64,000 bases of DNA from a virus, in the IMG/VR virus record IMGVR_UViG_3300007512_001108, positions 10,682 to 74,681 of that record. One strand, given 5' to 3'. A model generated the notes under the pieces. The model was not told the DNA's origin and did not search any database. It saw nothing but the letters and a program-made list of their open reading frames with translations. Below are positions 27,099 to 38,440 of the stretch, in pieces. How positions within the stretch are numbered: position 1 is the stretch's first letter; every line of letters begins with the position of its first letter. The translations under genes and the position numbers were made by a program.

Positions 27099-28643
27099 CT
27101 AAAATTGGTCTTCTTCGTCTTCATCTCCAATAATACCAGAAGATTTTTCTTGTTTGATTTGCGAGTCAATATTCTTAACTTCTTCATCTGTTTGACGAAG
27201 TATGTTCTTTCTTATGTATTCTACTGAGTAGTACTTACCTATATATTCATCCATTGTTTGCAACGCCTCTAGTCTATCTCGTAAAACTTCACTTTCTTTT
27301 AATTCTGTAAAATATGAGTCTTTTGTCCAATTAAAATTCACATCTTGATAGATTCTATTCCAATCATCCTTAGTCATTATGCCTTTTACTATTAATTGAA
27401 CTCGGAGTGCATTCATAAACAATTCTGAAAATTTATTTCGAAGTCTTCCTATAAACTTGAAGAATTTCAATTCATCTCTAGTAATTTCCGCAGACCGTCC
27501 CATATTGAAACCGTTTTCTGCTTCTAGTCTACTAACAGGAATACCCAATGAACGATATAGTTTCTTCTTGAAGTATTCGACATCTTCCATTTCTCCAAGA
27601 TTTTGACCACCGTCAAGAGTAGAGATTTCAGTTCCCCTACCACCTTCTCTTCGTGGCATCCAGAAGTCTTCCATCATAGACATGTGTCGTTTATCGTCAC
27701 GAATCTGTCCAGTATCACTATCGTATACTAACTTATTACGATAACGATTCATAATATCACGAAGATATTGTTCTGCTTTATTCTTTGGAAGATTACCAAC
27801 ATCAACATAGAAAACTCTTCGTTCTGGTGCCCTAGAGATGCGGTAAATAACTACTGCATCTTCAATCATTCGTAATTGATTGAGAGGTTTAATTGCTTTA
27901 TGTAAGTGACCTAATATTCTTTTTCTTCCTGCATCATATAATCCACTATGAGTATAACTAACAGAATCTAAAGATACTTTAATACCTTCTACCGAGTGTG
28001 TGAGTGTATTAGTTCCAGAATAACTTGCCACATTTTCGTTATATACATAAAATTCTTCTACACGGTCTACCACTTCAGAGTTAGAACCAGTAACATTTGG
28101 TTTTTTGTGTATTTTTCTTACTTTTCTAATATTAAGTGAATCTACTGGTCGCATTTCGATGATACCTTTTTTAGAATTTTCATCTAAAATAATATGGTAG
28201 TATAATCTACCATCAATGTACCACCTTCGAAACATTTGATATCCCTTATTTTTAAAATTAAGAAGACGAAGAACTTCATCAAATTCTAATTGCATCTTAG
28301 ATTTAATAGAATCTGGCAAATCCACTTCATCTAAAACAATACTTACTGATTGCTTTTTATCATCGTAAATAACAGAATCGTTTGAAATGTCTTCGATTGC
28401 TTGTTCAATCTCTGCATGAGATGACATATCTCTGTATTTTTGGATAAGGTCAATTTCAGTTTTGAGTGTTCCCTCAAAATCTATATAAGAACCAAAATAT
28501 CCGCCACCTGCTAATGTAATAGCACCATCATCGTAGTCAGGGGGAGCGAAAGATTTTGCTTTTCTTTCTTCTTCTCCTGATTTCAGTGATGGTGCCGCTT
28601 TACCTTTTCTGCTAATAGAAAATCCAAAAATATCAATTGCCAT
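27099..28643 (-). CDS. gp20: Portal protein gp20
   Basis: FRRWYIDGR, LHKAIKPLNQLRMIEDAVVIYRISRAPERRVFYVDVGN, EDFWMPRREGGRGTEI. Confidence 0.99.
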   Translation of the reverse strand: MAIDIFGFSISRKGKAAPSLKSGEEERKAKSFAPPDYDDGAITLAGGGYFGSYIDFEGTLKTEIDLIQKYRDMSSHAEIEQAIEDISNDSVIYDDKKQSVSIVLDEVDLPDSIKSKMQLEFDEVLRLLNFKNKGYQMFRRWYIDGRLYYHIILDENSKKGIIEMRPVDSLNIRKVRKIHKKPNVTGSNSEVVDRVEEFYVYNENVASYSGTNTLTHSVEGIKVSLDSVSYTHSGLYDAGRKRILGHLHKAIKPLNQLRMIEDAVVIYRISRAPERRVFYVDVGNLPKNKAEQYLRDIMNRYRNKLVYDSDTGQIRDDKRHMSMMEDFWMPRREGGRGTEISTLDGGQNLGEMEDVEYFKKKLYRSLGIPVSRLEAENGFNMGRSAEITRDELKFFKFIGRLRNKFSELFMNALRVQLIVKGIMTKDDWNRIYQDVNFNWTKDSYFTELKESEVLRDRLEALQTMDEYIGKYYSVEYIRKNILRQTDEEVKNIDSQIKQEKSSGIIGDEDEEDQF

Positions 28644-28665
28644 AATATAAAATCCTTAAAATAAG

Positions 28666-29256
28666 TTAAGTGAGTGCGTCTACAATACCAGAGATAGCAT
28701 TTGTAATCCAATTTCCCCCACCTACACCGAATGCAGTGTTTGAAGTCCAGTATGAATATTGCATTGTTACTGTAAACTCTGACAGTGAATCTGTTGTTTC
28801 GTGATTTAAATCAATTGCAGCGATTTCACTTGGCCAGCAACCGATAAAGTTGTAACCTTTGACTTGATTTCCTTTTCTATCCAATCCATATACTTGCCAA
28901 TCTTGATAGATTTCTGCACCTAATGGTGCGCCTTCTACAGAGTTATTTGTTTCGTGTGTGTTGATTAATGAACTCCACGCTTCAAATTTATCTCGTAGTT
29001 TATATTCTCCGTCTGCAAGAATTGTGATTGTCCATTCTGCGAATGTTCTGTCGCCTGGAACTTTAACCTTTCTTCCACGCCAAGGAACTTCAATTACTCC
29101 AACTGTTGAAGCAGGAAGTTGTGCGGCTTTAACCAAAAATGGTATTTTTTCATCTTGACCAGTGCCTGGAAAACTCCCATTCACTTCAAAAAGGTGTGGT
29201 CTAACACCACCTTTGAGAAACTGTCCAGCGAAATTTGCGATGTTATTAGTTGCCAT
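28666..29256 (-). CDS. gp19: Tail tube protein gp19
   Basis: GGVRPHLFEV, KAAQLPAS, GR.VKVPGDRTFAEWTIT, WPSEI..IDL, EFTVT.QYSYW. Confidence 0.96.
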   Translation of the reverse strand: MATNNIANFAGQFLKGGVRPHLFEVNGSFPGTGQDEKIPFLVKAAQLPASTVGVIEVPWRGRKVKVPGDRTFAEWTITILADGEYKLRDKFEAWSSLINTHETNNSVEGAPLGAEIYQDWQVYGLDRKGNQVKGYNFIGCWPSEIAAIDLNHETTDSLSEFTVTMQYSYWTSNTAFGVGGGNWITNAISGIVDALT

Positions 29257-29295
29257 TTGTTTTTAACTCCTTTGGTAGATTGATTCTTCTACTTC

Positions 29296-29303
29296 TATTT
29301 ATA
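29296..29303 (-). promoter_or_regulatory. T4-type late promoter for gp19
   Basis: Intergenic AAGTATAAATA. Confidence 0.8.
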
Positions 29304-29318
29304 CTTAATTTGTTGAAT

Positions 29319-31370
29319 TTATCCACCAACTTCACTAAAATCTACACCTGTTTTTGTTGCAATGAAATTCAACTGAATATAGTTGATTGACCTTGCTGGC
29401 TTAATGTAAATATCTCCAACAAATTCGTTTCTATCTATTACTTCACCAGTGTTATTGGTTTCGTCACACACAACCTTGAAGTCGTAAATACCTCTTCGTG
29501 ACATAATTGTACGAAGGAAGGGTATTACCATATTTCTAAATTGTGCCCTTGTGAACTCATCATTAAATTCAAAGAGTAGATATTTTGAAGCAGTTGCAAT
29601 TGCTTTTTCAAGAACAATAAAGAGTCGTCTTACATTGATTCTATCGAATGCACTTGGTTTTGCTTGCATCGTCTTATCTCCAAACAATACTGTACCTTCG
29701 CCGGGGAAGGAAACTACTGAATTGACTTCTGATTTGTAGAGTTCATCACGGTGTGCTTTTCGTGGTTCGAATGCTAACTTAACAACTCCACGAATTTGAC
29801 CCCTATTGAATCCTGCGGGTGAGAACCACGCTTCTTGTTCTGTTTCTGTTCTTGCACAAAGTCCTGCAATATCACCGTTAAGTGGTACATATCGGAGAAC
29901 ATCATTGTAACGGTCAAGCATTACCTTGAATCCACTATCGAGTACTGCATATGAACTGCTCTTGTTTAGAGTATTGTTTCTCCAATCTCTAACAGTTGTT
30001 GCGGCTACACCTGCTGTTTGGTTCTGAACTAATCCTGCGGGGTCGCCAGAAGACTTAATGGGTGAAAGGAATGCAATGCAATCCTTACGCTTGTCACACA
30101 TATCAATGATTATTTTTTGTACGGTTGCGTCAGATGCTCCACCCAAGATGAGAGAAACATCTACTGATTCAGCATCTTCAAACTCTAAGAATGAAGTTAC
30201 AAGAGCGGCATTGGCGAGGTCATTTCCTCCCTGTGTATAGTCGTCTGCACTAACACCACCAGATAATCCCTGTAAACTCACAGCATTTCCTACGGGAGCA
30301 GTGAAGTTACCTGGCGCACCTCCAGAAAATCCACCCATATTTCGAGTAATTTCGGGGAATGTTGCTGTAATGTCTCCAGTACCAACACCCCCAATTGTGG
30401 CTGCGGCCCATATGTAACGAGACCTATCATTGATTACATCTTTATAGTAGTTTGGACTTCCATCGAAACCTCTTGCATCTGTTGCTTTTGATACACCTTC
30501 GAAGACTTCTAGAACTTCTCCTGCGTTTCCTGTCCATGTACCATCACCGTCAATGACTGCGATGTTCATTTCATCGTTTGTACCACCCGCAGCCGCACAT
30601 TGGGCACTTGTTGCAGGTGTTGTGTTAAATACCCTTGCATATCTACTTTCGACTTCGAATGTTGTTCCGATTGCTCTTGCAGAGTAGAGACCTGGTGAGA
30701 ATTTCAGTTCATTGCCGGGAGTGGAAGGATTTCCGCCCATTGAAACCCCAGATAGTGATTCTGTGACAGTATGAACATCTCCGTTGGAGAAAATAATTCT
30801 GTCTCCCTTAAAGAAGTCAATATGTCCATTTCCTGACCCCACTGCGGCAGCACTACTAAACCCACCAGAGACTGAAGTTTCACCAAGAGCGAGGGCCGCT
30901 GAAAGACCAAGACATTGATTATGTCCTGAACCACCACCTGTTCTACCGTTGTCGTCAAAAACAACTACACGAAGAGAATTGCCGGGTGCGCCTGGATACT
31001 TAGCAACAAATTCTGCCGCTCGGAGAGCATGGGCACCTGTTGCGGCATCAAATTGCTTTCTGTTCTTTATAATACCGTCTGCACCCGATGTGTTTGCATT
31101 TTTTGCTTTTGTACCCACTGAACGAACTACCTGTAGGTTATTTCCGTAACCCAAGAAGTTTGCGGCGGTGAACCACCAGTTATATGTTGCATCGTTTGGG
31201 TCACCAAATACTTGACGAAGATTGTTTTCGCTATCAACTAGAACTCTCTCATCAACTGGTCCCCACTGAAAACCACCTGCCATTCCTGCATTTGTTGTTG
31301 CAACTGCGGGAACAATTGTTGTCAAATCTCTTTCTGTGACATTTACTCCTGGACTAACTTGAAATCCCAT
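29319..31370 (-). CDS. gp18: Tail sheath protein gp18
   Basis: SPGVNVTERDLT, FQWGPV, WFSPAGFNRG, FDRINVRRLF, FEFNDEFTR, IKPARSINYI.LNF. Confidence 0.99.
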   Translation of the reverse strand: MGFQVSPGVNVTERDLTTIVPAVATTNAGMAGGFQWGPVDERVLVDSENNLRQVFGDPNDATYNWWFTAANFLGYGNNLQVVRSVGTKAKNANTSGADGIIKNRKQFDAATGAHALRAAEFVAKYPGAPGNSLRVVVFDDNGRTGGGSGHNQCLGLSAALALGETSVSGGFSSAAAVGSGNGHIDFFKGDRIIFSNGDVHTVTESLSGVSMGGNPSTPGNELKFSPGLYSARAIGTTFEVESRYARVFNTTPATSAQCAAAGGTNDEMNIAVIDGDGTWTGNAGEVLEVFEGVSKATDARGFDGSPNYYKDVINDRSRYIWAAATIGGVGTGDITATFPEITRNMGGFSGGAPGNFTAPVGNAVSLQGLSGGVSADDYTQGGNDLANAALVTSFLEFEDAESVDVSLILGGASDATVQKIIIDMCDKRKDCIAFLSPIKSSGDPAGLVQNQTAGVAATTVRDWRNNTLNKSSSYAVLDSGFKVMLDRYNDVLRYVPLNGDIAGLCARTETEQEAWFSPAGFNRGQIRGVVKLAFEPRKAHRDELYKSEVNSVVSFPGEGTVLFGDKTMQAKPSAFDRINVRRLFIVLEKAIATASKYLLFEFNDEFTRAQFRNMVIPFLRTIMSRRGIYDFKVVCDETNNTGEVIDRNEFVGDIYIKPARSINYIQLNFIATKTGVDFSEVGG

Positions 31371-31450
31371 TGTATTTCTCCTTTGTAATTTCTTTCATAA
31401 ATAAGGCATTCTGCCATTATATTATTATTTTATACTGTTGTATTCAAGAG

Positions 31451-31458
31451 TATTTATA
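31451..31458 (-). promoter_or_regulatory. T4-type late promoter for gp18
   Basis: Intergenic AAGTATAAATA. Confidence 0.8.
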
Positions 31459-31470
31459 CTTTCTTGTATT

Positions 31471-33571
<2,101 letters not shown>

Positions 33572-33572
33572 A

Positions 33573-34451
33573 CTATATTGTTGCTCCTAGTATATCAATG
33601 TATGGTGCGCCGCATATTCCACCTGCATCACCACTACCAAAGATGTAAACATTTGAATCTGCTGAGTATCCAGTAACTCTATCGGATGATGCACCAGAAG
33701 GACCAGTTACAGTTATATCAACTCTAGATAATGCACCTGTACCACCTTCGAATGTTGAACCAGTAGGACCAAAGATATAATCTACACCACCAGAACCACC
33801 GTAATTGAAAAATACTGATTTTGTTTTGAGTATGTTTCCAGAAGTTCTTCCTTCTCCGTAGATATTTGTCTTTGCTGTAAAGTTTAAAGTCCATGTTATA
33901 TTTCTTCTTGAATCAAAATCTCCTTCATAATCCTCTTCGGAATTTACTCCACTAAGAACAATAGGAATATCTTGTTTTTGGTTTAATTCATTTATATTAA
34001 TTGTTATATTAAACTCTGGAGTAAAGTATGGAAGTACTTGTTCTATAAATTGTAATCCGTCATCTGTGTTTCTTACCAGACAATAAACGGAGAAATCTAC
34101 ATTATATGGAACTTCTGAATAATTATATTTTCTCTGCCAGTTATCCCCCGAAACACCCATAACTTTTCTTTGCATCGTGTTTCTTTTTCTACCAGAATCA
34201 AAATTAATTCCCGTAATTTCAAAACCCAATCTTGGTAATGTCATTTCAACTTTTGTTTCATCAGAAAGTGAACTTGGTTGATTAATTCTAGCAAGAAATT
34301 TTTCTTTTGGTCCATACGACAATGGTAAGCGAATATATTCTTTTATTGTTCCATTACTATTATATCGTGCAATACGAATATCATTAAATAACGAACCAAA
34401 CGATATTACTAACTTCCGCAAAGAACTATGATAAAAATGAGAACCAAACAT
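33573..34451 (-). CDS. gp15: Tail sheath stabilizer/terminator gp15
   Basis: FYH..LRK.V..FG.LFN.I, PLSYGPKEKFLAR, LPR.GFEI, EQVLPYF.P; Gly/Ser/Thr-rich C-terminal extension. Confidence 0.95.
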   Translation of the reverse strand: MFGSHFYHSSLRKLVISFGSLFNDIRIARYNSNGTIKEYIRLPLSYGPKEKFLARINQPSSLSDETKVEMTLPRLGFEITGINFDSGRKRNTMQRKVMGVSGDNWQRKYNYSEVPYNVDFSVYCLVRNTDDGLQFIEQVLPYFTPEFNITININELNQKQDIPIVLSGVNSEEDYEGDFDSRRNITWTLNFTAKTNIYGEGRTSGNILKTKSVFFNYGGSGGVDYIFGPTGSTFEGGTGALSRVDITVTGPSGASSDRVTGYSADSNVYIFGSGDAGGICGAPYIDILGATI

Positions 34452-35389
34452 TATGAGTAATTACCTTCCGAGAATGGGTCGATGTCTGTAAAGTCAAAAA
34501 TACCATCACTATCTATCTCAAATTCAATTAATTCATTATCACCTGCAACATCTGCTGTTCCTTCAGTCGGAACAATGATAGTTGTGGTTGTGCTTGTGGA
34601 TAGTAAGTATTCTGCGGAACTGCCTTGTCCAATAATAGAATCGTTTGCTCCACCAACATTAACAGAACCTGATATTCCAGAGATATAAAGTAGACTGTTT
34701 GTTGAGTCCCAATCTACTACCTTTGCTGTTACATCTGCACTTGTAGAACCACTTGCAAGAACAGCAGAATCGGCAGTTTGTCCACTTACTTGATATACAG
34801 TTTCTCCTTCATAGAAGTTTGTATATGTTGAAGAACTTATACGAGTTCCCAAAGTAAGTTTAACTGAAAATTCTTTTCTGTTATCTTCGACAGAATCAAT
34901 ATCACTAAATCCAGTATCGATTTGTTCCTGACTGTAAGTAAAGAGTTCACATGATAGTTTATATGTGTAAAGTTTTCCTAATTGATAAAATGGATTTTCG
35001 TGTTCTACGAATTTTATTTCAAATAATCCTTTTGAAAGTGGAAAATAAATTAAATCACCTTCTCTTGGTTTTGTTGTAACCGAAGACATTACCTCTTCAA
35101 ATCTTTTCTTTGAAACTATTAATGATACTGTATCTTTTATTTCCAATCCAAATTTAGAATAAAAATCACCTTCTCCACCAAAACCATCTACACTTTCTAA
35201 ATACATTTCAAGTTGATTACCCTCTGTAAACTTGGATAATGTATCTTCTCCAAAAAGAGTATCTTCATTTACAAGTGTTCTAGGAATATAGACCATATCC
35301 AAACCATGAATCTTTATAGATTCAATTGTTAAATCTTCTACGACATTTCTCTCTGAGGTTTGTCTGGTAAAATAAGAATTAGTTGCCAT
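34451..35389 (-). CDS. gp14: Neck protein gp14
   Basis: ESIKIHG....YIPR, GDFYSKFG, PREGDLIYFP, FEIKFVEHENPFYQLGK, terminal DF...DPF. Confidence 0.95.
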   Translation of the reverse strand: MATNSYFTRQTSERNVVEDLTIESIKIHGLDMVYIPRTLVNEDTLFGEDTLSKFTEGNQLEMYLESVDGFGGEGDFYSKFGLEIKDTVSLIVSKKRFEEVMSSVTTKPREGDLIYFPLSKGLFEIKFVEHENPFYQLGKLYTYKLSCELFTYSQEQIDTGFSDIDSVEDNRKEFSVKLTLGTRISSSTYTNFYEGETVYQVSGQTADSAVLASGSTSADVTAKVVDWDSTNSLLYISGISGSVNVGGANDSIIGQGSSAEYLLSTSTTTTIIVPTEGTADVAGDNELIEFEIDSDGIFDFTDIDPFSEGNYS

Positions 35390-35402
35390 TTATTAGTCCT
35401 AA

Positions 35403-36158
35403 TTATCCTGTCATAAAGTGTGGTGGAAGTTCATATCTTAATTGAACTTCTTCTTCTATCTTTTCAATTTCTGCTTGCGCTTGCTCAAATATTTGTGTAC
35501 CATTAAATGAAACACCGCCAGGAAGTTGAATGTTTTCAAATTTAGATAGATTTGCACCCCATTGTCTTTTTATTTGTGCTGTAATATATTGCTTTAGTAG
35601 ACGGTCTTTATAAATTTCCGTATATGTTTCTGGGTCTAATACAGTATATGCTTCTATCATTATATAATCATTAGTATCAATGTCTTCATTCCAATCCATA
35701 TCGACATATAGTCTATTTGTTACTCTACTAAATCTTATTTGTTTTTCTGGGTCTAACTGTTGTTCAATCAAAGAAAGATGTCTTTTAATTGAATCGTAGT
35801 AAGCAAGATTGCTTAGTCCACTTCTTAATCCATAAAAATCATTTAATGCCATTTGATATCTAACATCAAACATATTTACAGAACCCCCAGAAGAAAATTG
35901 GAATATTCTTGATACGCTTATTATAGAAGAGTCTACACTATCCATATTAATATACTCATTGGTTTTATCTGATGCTGTTACTTGATGCTTATAAAACATC
36001 TTTTCTACACCATCAAAATGATATTCCGCAAAGAATTGCAATGAATCATCTAATCTGTCTTCTATTTGAGAGTCATCCACATTAATTTCTATAACTGGAT
36101 ACCCCAATCTTCGGAGAGCATAGTCTTTTAATTGTTGTCTTGAAGCAGGTTGTGCCAT
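35403..36158 (-). CDS. gp13: Neck protein gp13
   Basis: P.SR..LKDYALRRLG.PVIEINVD..Q, YHFDG, QWG.NLSKF....LPGGV. Confidence 0.96.
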   Translation of the reverse strand: MAQPASRQQLKDYALRRLGYPVIEINVDDSQIEDRLDDSLQFFAEYHFDGVEKMFYKHQVTASDKTNEYINMDSVDSSIISVSRIFQFSSGGSVNMFDVRYQMALNDFYGLRSGLSNLAYYDSIKRHLSLIEQQLDPEKQIRFSRVTNRLYVDMDWNEDIDTNDYIMIEAYTVLDPETYTEIYKDRLLKQYITAQIKRQWGANLSKFENIQLPGGVSFNGTQIFEQAQAEIEKIEEEVQLRYELPPHFMTG

Positions 36159-36160
36159 AT

Positions 36161-36203
36161 ATTTCTCCTAATTATTATTTCCTCTTATATATTTAGGAGA
36201 TAT
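36161..36203 (-). promoter_or_regulatory. Putative RBS-sequestering hairpin with an embedded late-promoter variant upstream of gp13
   Basis: TCTCCTAA (36200-36193) is complementary to TTAGGAGA (36171-36164, the SD); CTAAATA overlaps the 5' arm. Confidence 0.5.
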
Positions 36204-36219
36204 TTGTTTCCTAGAGTAA

Positions 36220-36531
36220 CTATTTATCCTCATTTTTTACTCTGTTGATATACTCTTTTCTTTCTTCTTCCTTGATTCTCTCATGTTGCTCTAAATATAA
36301 TAATTCAGATAATCTATTAATATATCTATCTCCTTCTTTCCAAGGAATAGGTTTGTTCATTTGTAGGTGTTTTGTGGTTAATTTATTTGTTTTTTCTTGA
36401 ACATATCTCCTAGAAATCACATTTTCTGGAAGATTATAGTCTGGTTCTAACTTTTTAAATAAATCAATAGAAAATCTGTACTCATTATTAATCACAATTA
36501 CACCGTCTGGTGTGTGCATAAAAGAACCCAT
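36220..36531 (-). CDS. Hypothetical protein
   Basis: 103-aa ORF with a GGAG SD. Confidence 0.6.
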   Translation of the reverse strand: MGSFMHTPDGVIVINNEYRFSIDLFKKLEPDYNLPENVISRRYVQEKTNKLTTKHLQMNKPIPWKEGDRYINRLSELLYLEQHERIKEEERKEYINRVKNEDK

Positions 36532-36555
36532 AAAATAAACTCCATATTAACTTTA

Positions 36556-38415
36556 TTATTTACCACCGCCAGATTCTTGGGCTATTCCAGAACCTGGGTC
36601 AAATTTAGAACCACTCGGTACACCAGTTCCACTTTCAAATCCTGAAACTTTACCTTCATCAATTCCACTTGCAGTTAGGTGTATTTCGGAAATCTGTGTA
36701 TATGATTGACCATCAGCAGTACCTGCTGAATCTACTTCACATTCTGCGAGAAGAACATTTTCTGTTAGATTATTTCTGAATGTCCAAACATCTTGATATA
36801 GTGCATAAATATGACCACCAGAAAATCCTACACAATTTCCCAAACAATCTTGAAGGATAAAGTTTCCTCCAGTACCAGCAGTTCCTCCTAATGTTTCTAG
36901 ATAAGAAACATGTTCGGAAAGTCTTTGAACCGTAATGTCATTTGGAGATAAACAAAATCCAGTTGTATGTGTTCCGTGGAAACTAGGTGCGCCGTGACCA
37001 AGACTACCGTGAGGTCCGAAAAGATTTGGGAAATCTCCACTGTTTGCACTACTTCCACTTAGACCAACCAATCCCATATATTCTTTGCGGGATTGTCTAA
37101 ACTGTGCCTGCTTTGTTGATAACTTTTGTGTATCAGACATAAGAGTACCACCTGTACAGGATACTTGATAAACTCCAGCACCATCAAATCCTTCAACATA
37201 TCCATTCTCATAATCAAATCCACCAGTAGCATTTCCAGTCAAAATAATATCTCTGACACCTAATACTTTATTCGTTCCGTCCCAATATGTTACATTTGCT
37301 TTTAATCTTTCATAATTATCAACAGAGAATAATGCACAACCACTTGGTCCATTAAATCTCATCAGTGCAAGTGTGGATTGGTTATCCATAGTTGCTTGAA
37401 TTCCAGCAGTAACATAGGTTGCTCCAGAGAATCCTCTACAAACCGTACCACCCGATGGTCCCATTTGTAGATGGAAGTCATCAATAAATCCACTAAATGC
37501 CAATGCACCACTTTGACCTGCACCAATAGAAAGTGGTTGGTCGGTACGAAGCAATTCATTTATCACTCCTGAACTAATTCCAGTTTCATTTCTGGTATTA
37601 TCATAATAAGGAATGACTTCAGAAACATTACTACCATACCATCTACTCTTATAAATGATTGCAACATGATGCCATTTGTTTATCACTGGAACTCCAGCAG
37701 TAACAGTTATAGAATGTGCCCAAGCAGTCGGAGTATCTCCCATATTATTAAAATCAAATTTTAATGAAGTGCTACCATTGTCATAATATAGTTTCCAAGA
37801 ATTTCCTGTTCCACCTGCGGCACTACTTCCGTGCATTGCTAAAATTTTATCAGCAGATGGTGTAGCAGTAAGGTAAAAATACATTTGTAATAAAACATCA
37901 CCACTATATCCACCACTAACTCCTGCACCCGATGCACCAGAACCACCACCAATATGTCCACCTGGTCCTGCAAGTGTTAAGCCAGGAATATCATGTAGGA
38001 GAAGAACACCACCAGTTGTTCCAGAGTCAAGACCCTTGAATTTGACAGATGATGTTCCAAATTTCTTTATTGCACGGTCATAGACAGGTTTTGTTGAATT
38101 ACCTCTATTTCTTGTTTCTACTGTTGTTACATTTTGATATACTATTTCGTTCCAACCATATTTTCCACAACCAGTAATACCGGCAGTTAGTCCTCCAGTA
38201 CAACCTGTTCCCATACTACCTGTTTGCATGTGTATTTTTTGTTCGATTCTTGGGTCTGTTCTTTTCTCATTGAATGTTGGAGGATTACCCAAAGTGGATT
38301 CTGGAACTACGACAACAGATTGACCAGCAACCAATATATCTTCTGTAGATATTCTTTCGTCTAATATATTGACTACTTTTCCGTTTGAATCTAAAATTAC
38401 ATTTTTATTTGCCAT
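36556..38415 (-). CDS. Virion protein with a LamG/concanavalin-A-like domain
   Basis: KKFGTSS..F, NKWHHVAI, LSIGA, FSGFIDDF and LMRFNG are typical phage LamG motifs. Confidence 0.7.
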   Translation of the reverse strand: MANKNVILDSNGKVVNILDERISTEDILVAGQSVVVVPESTLGNPPTFNEKRTDPRIEQKIHMQTGSMGTGCTGGLTAGITGCGKYGWNEIVYQNVTTVETRNRGNSTKPVYDRAIKKFGTSSVKFKGLDSGTTGGVLLLHDIPGLTLAGPGGHIGGGSGASGAGVSGGYSGDVLLQMYFYLTATPSADKILAMHGSSAAGGTGNSWKLYYDNGSTSLKFDFNNMGDTPTAWAHSITVTAGVPVINKWHHVAIIYKSRWYGSNVSEVIPYYDNTRNETGISSGVINELLRTDQPLSIGAGQSGALAFSGFIDDFHLQMGPSGGTVCRGFSGATYVTAGIQATMDNQSTLALMRFNGPSGCALFSVDNYERLKANVTYWDGTNKVLGVRDIILTGNATGGFDYENGYVEGFDGAGVYQVSCTGGTLMSDTQKLSTKQAQFRQSRKEYMGLVGLSGSSANSGDFPNLFGPHGSLGHGAPSFHGTHTTGFCLSPNDITVQRLSEHVSYLETLGGTAGTGGNFILQDCLGNCVGFSGGHIYALYQDVWTFRNNLTENVLLAECEVDSAGTADGQSYTQISEIHLTASGIDEGKVSGFESGTGVPSGSKFDPGSGIAQESGGGK

Positions 38416-38440
38416 TTGTATTCCTTAATACTTGTCTTTA

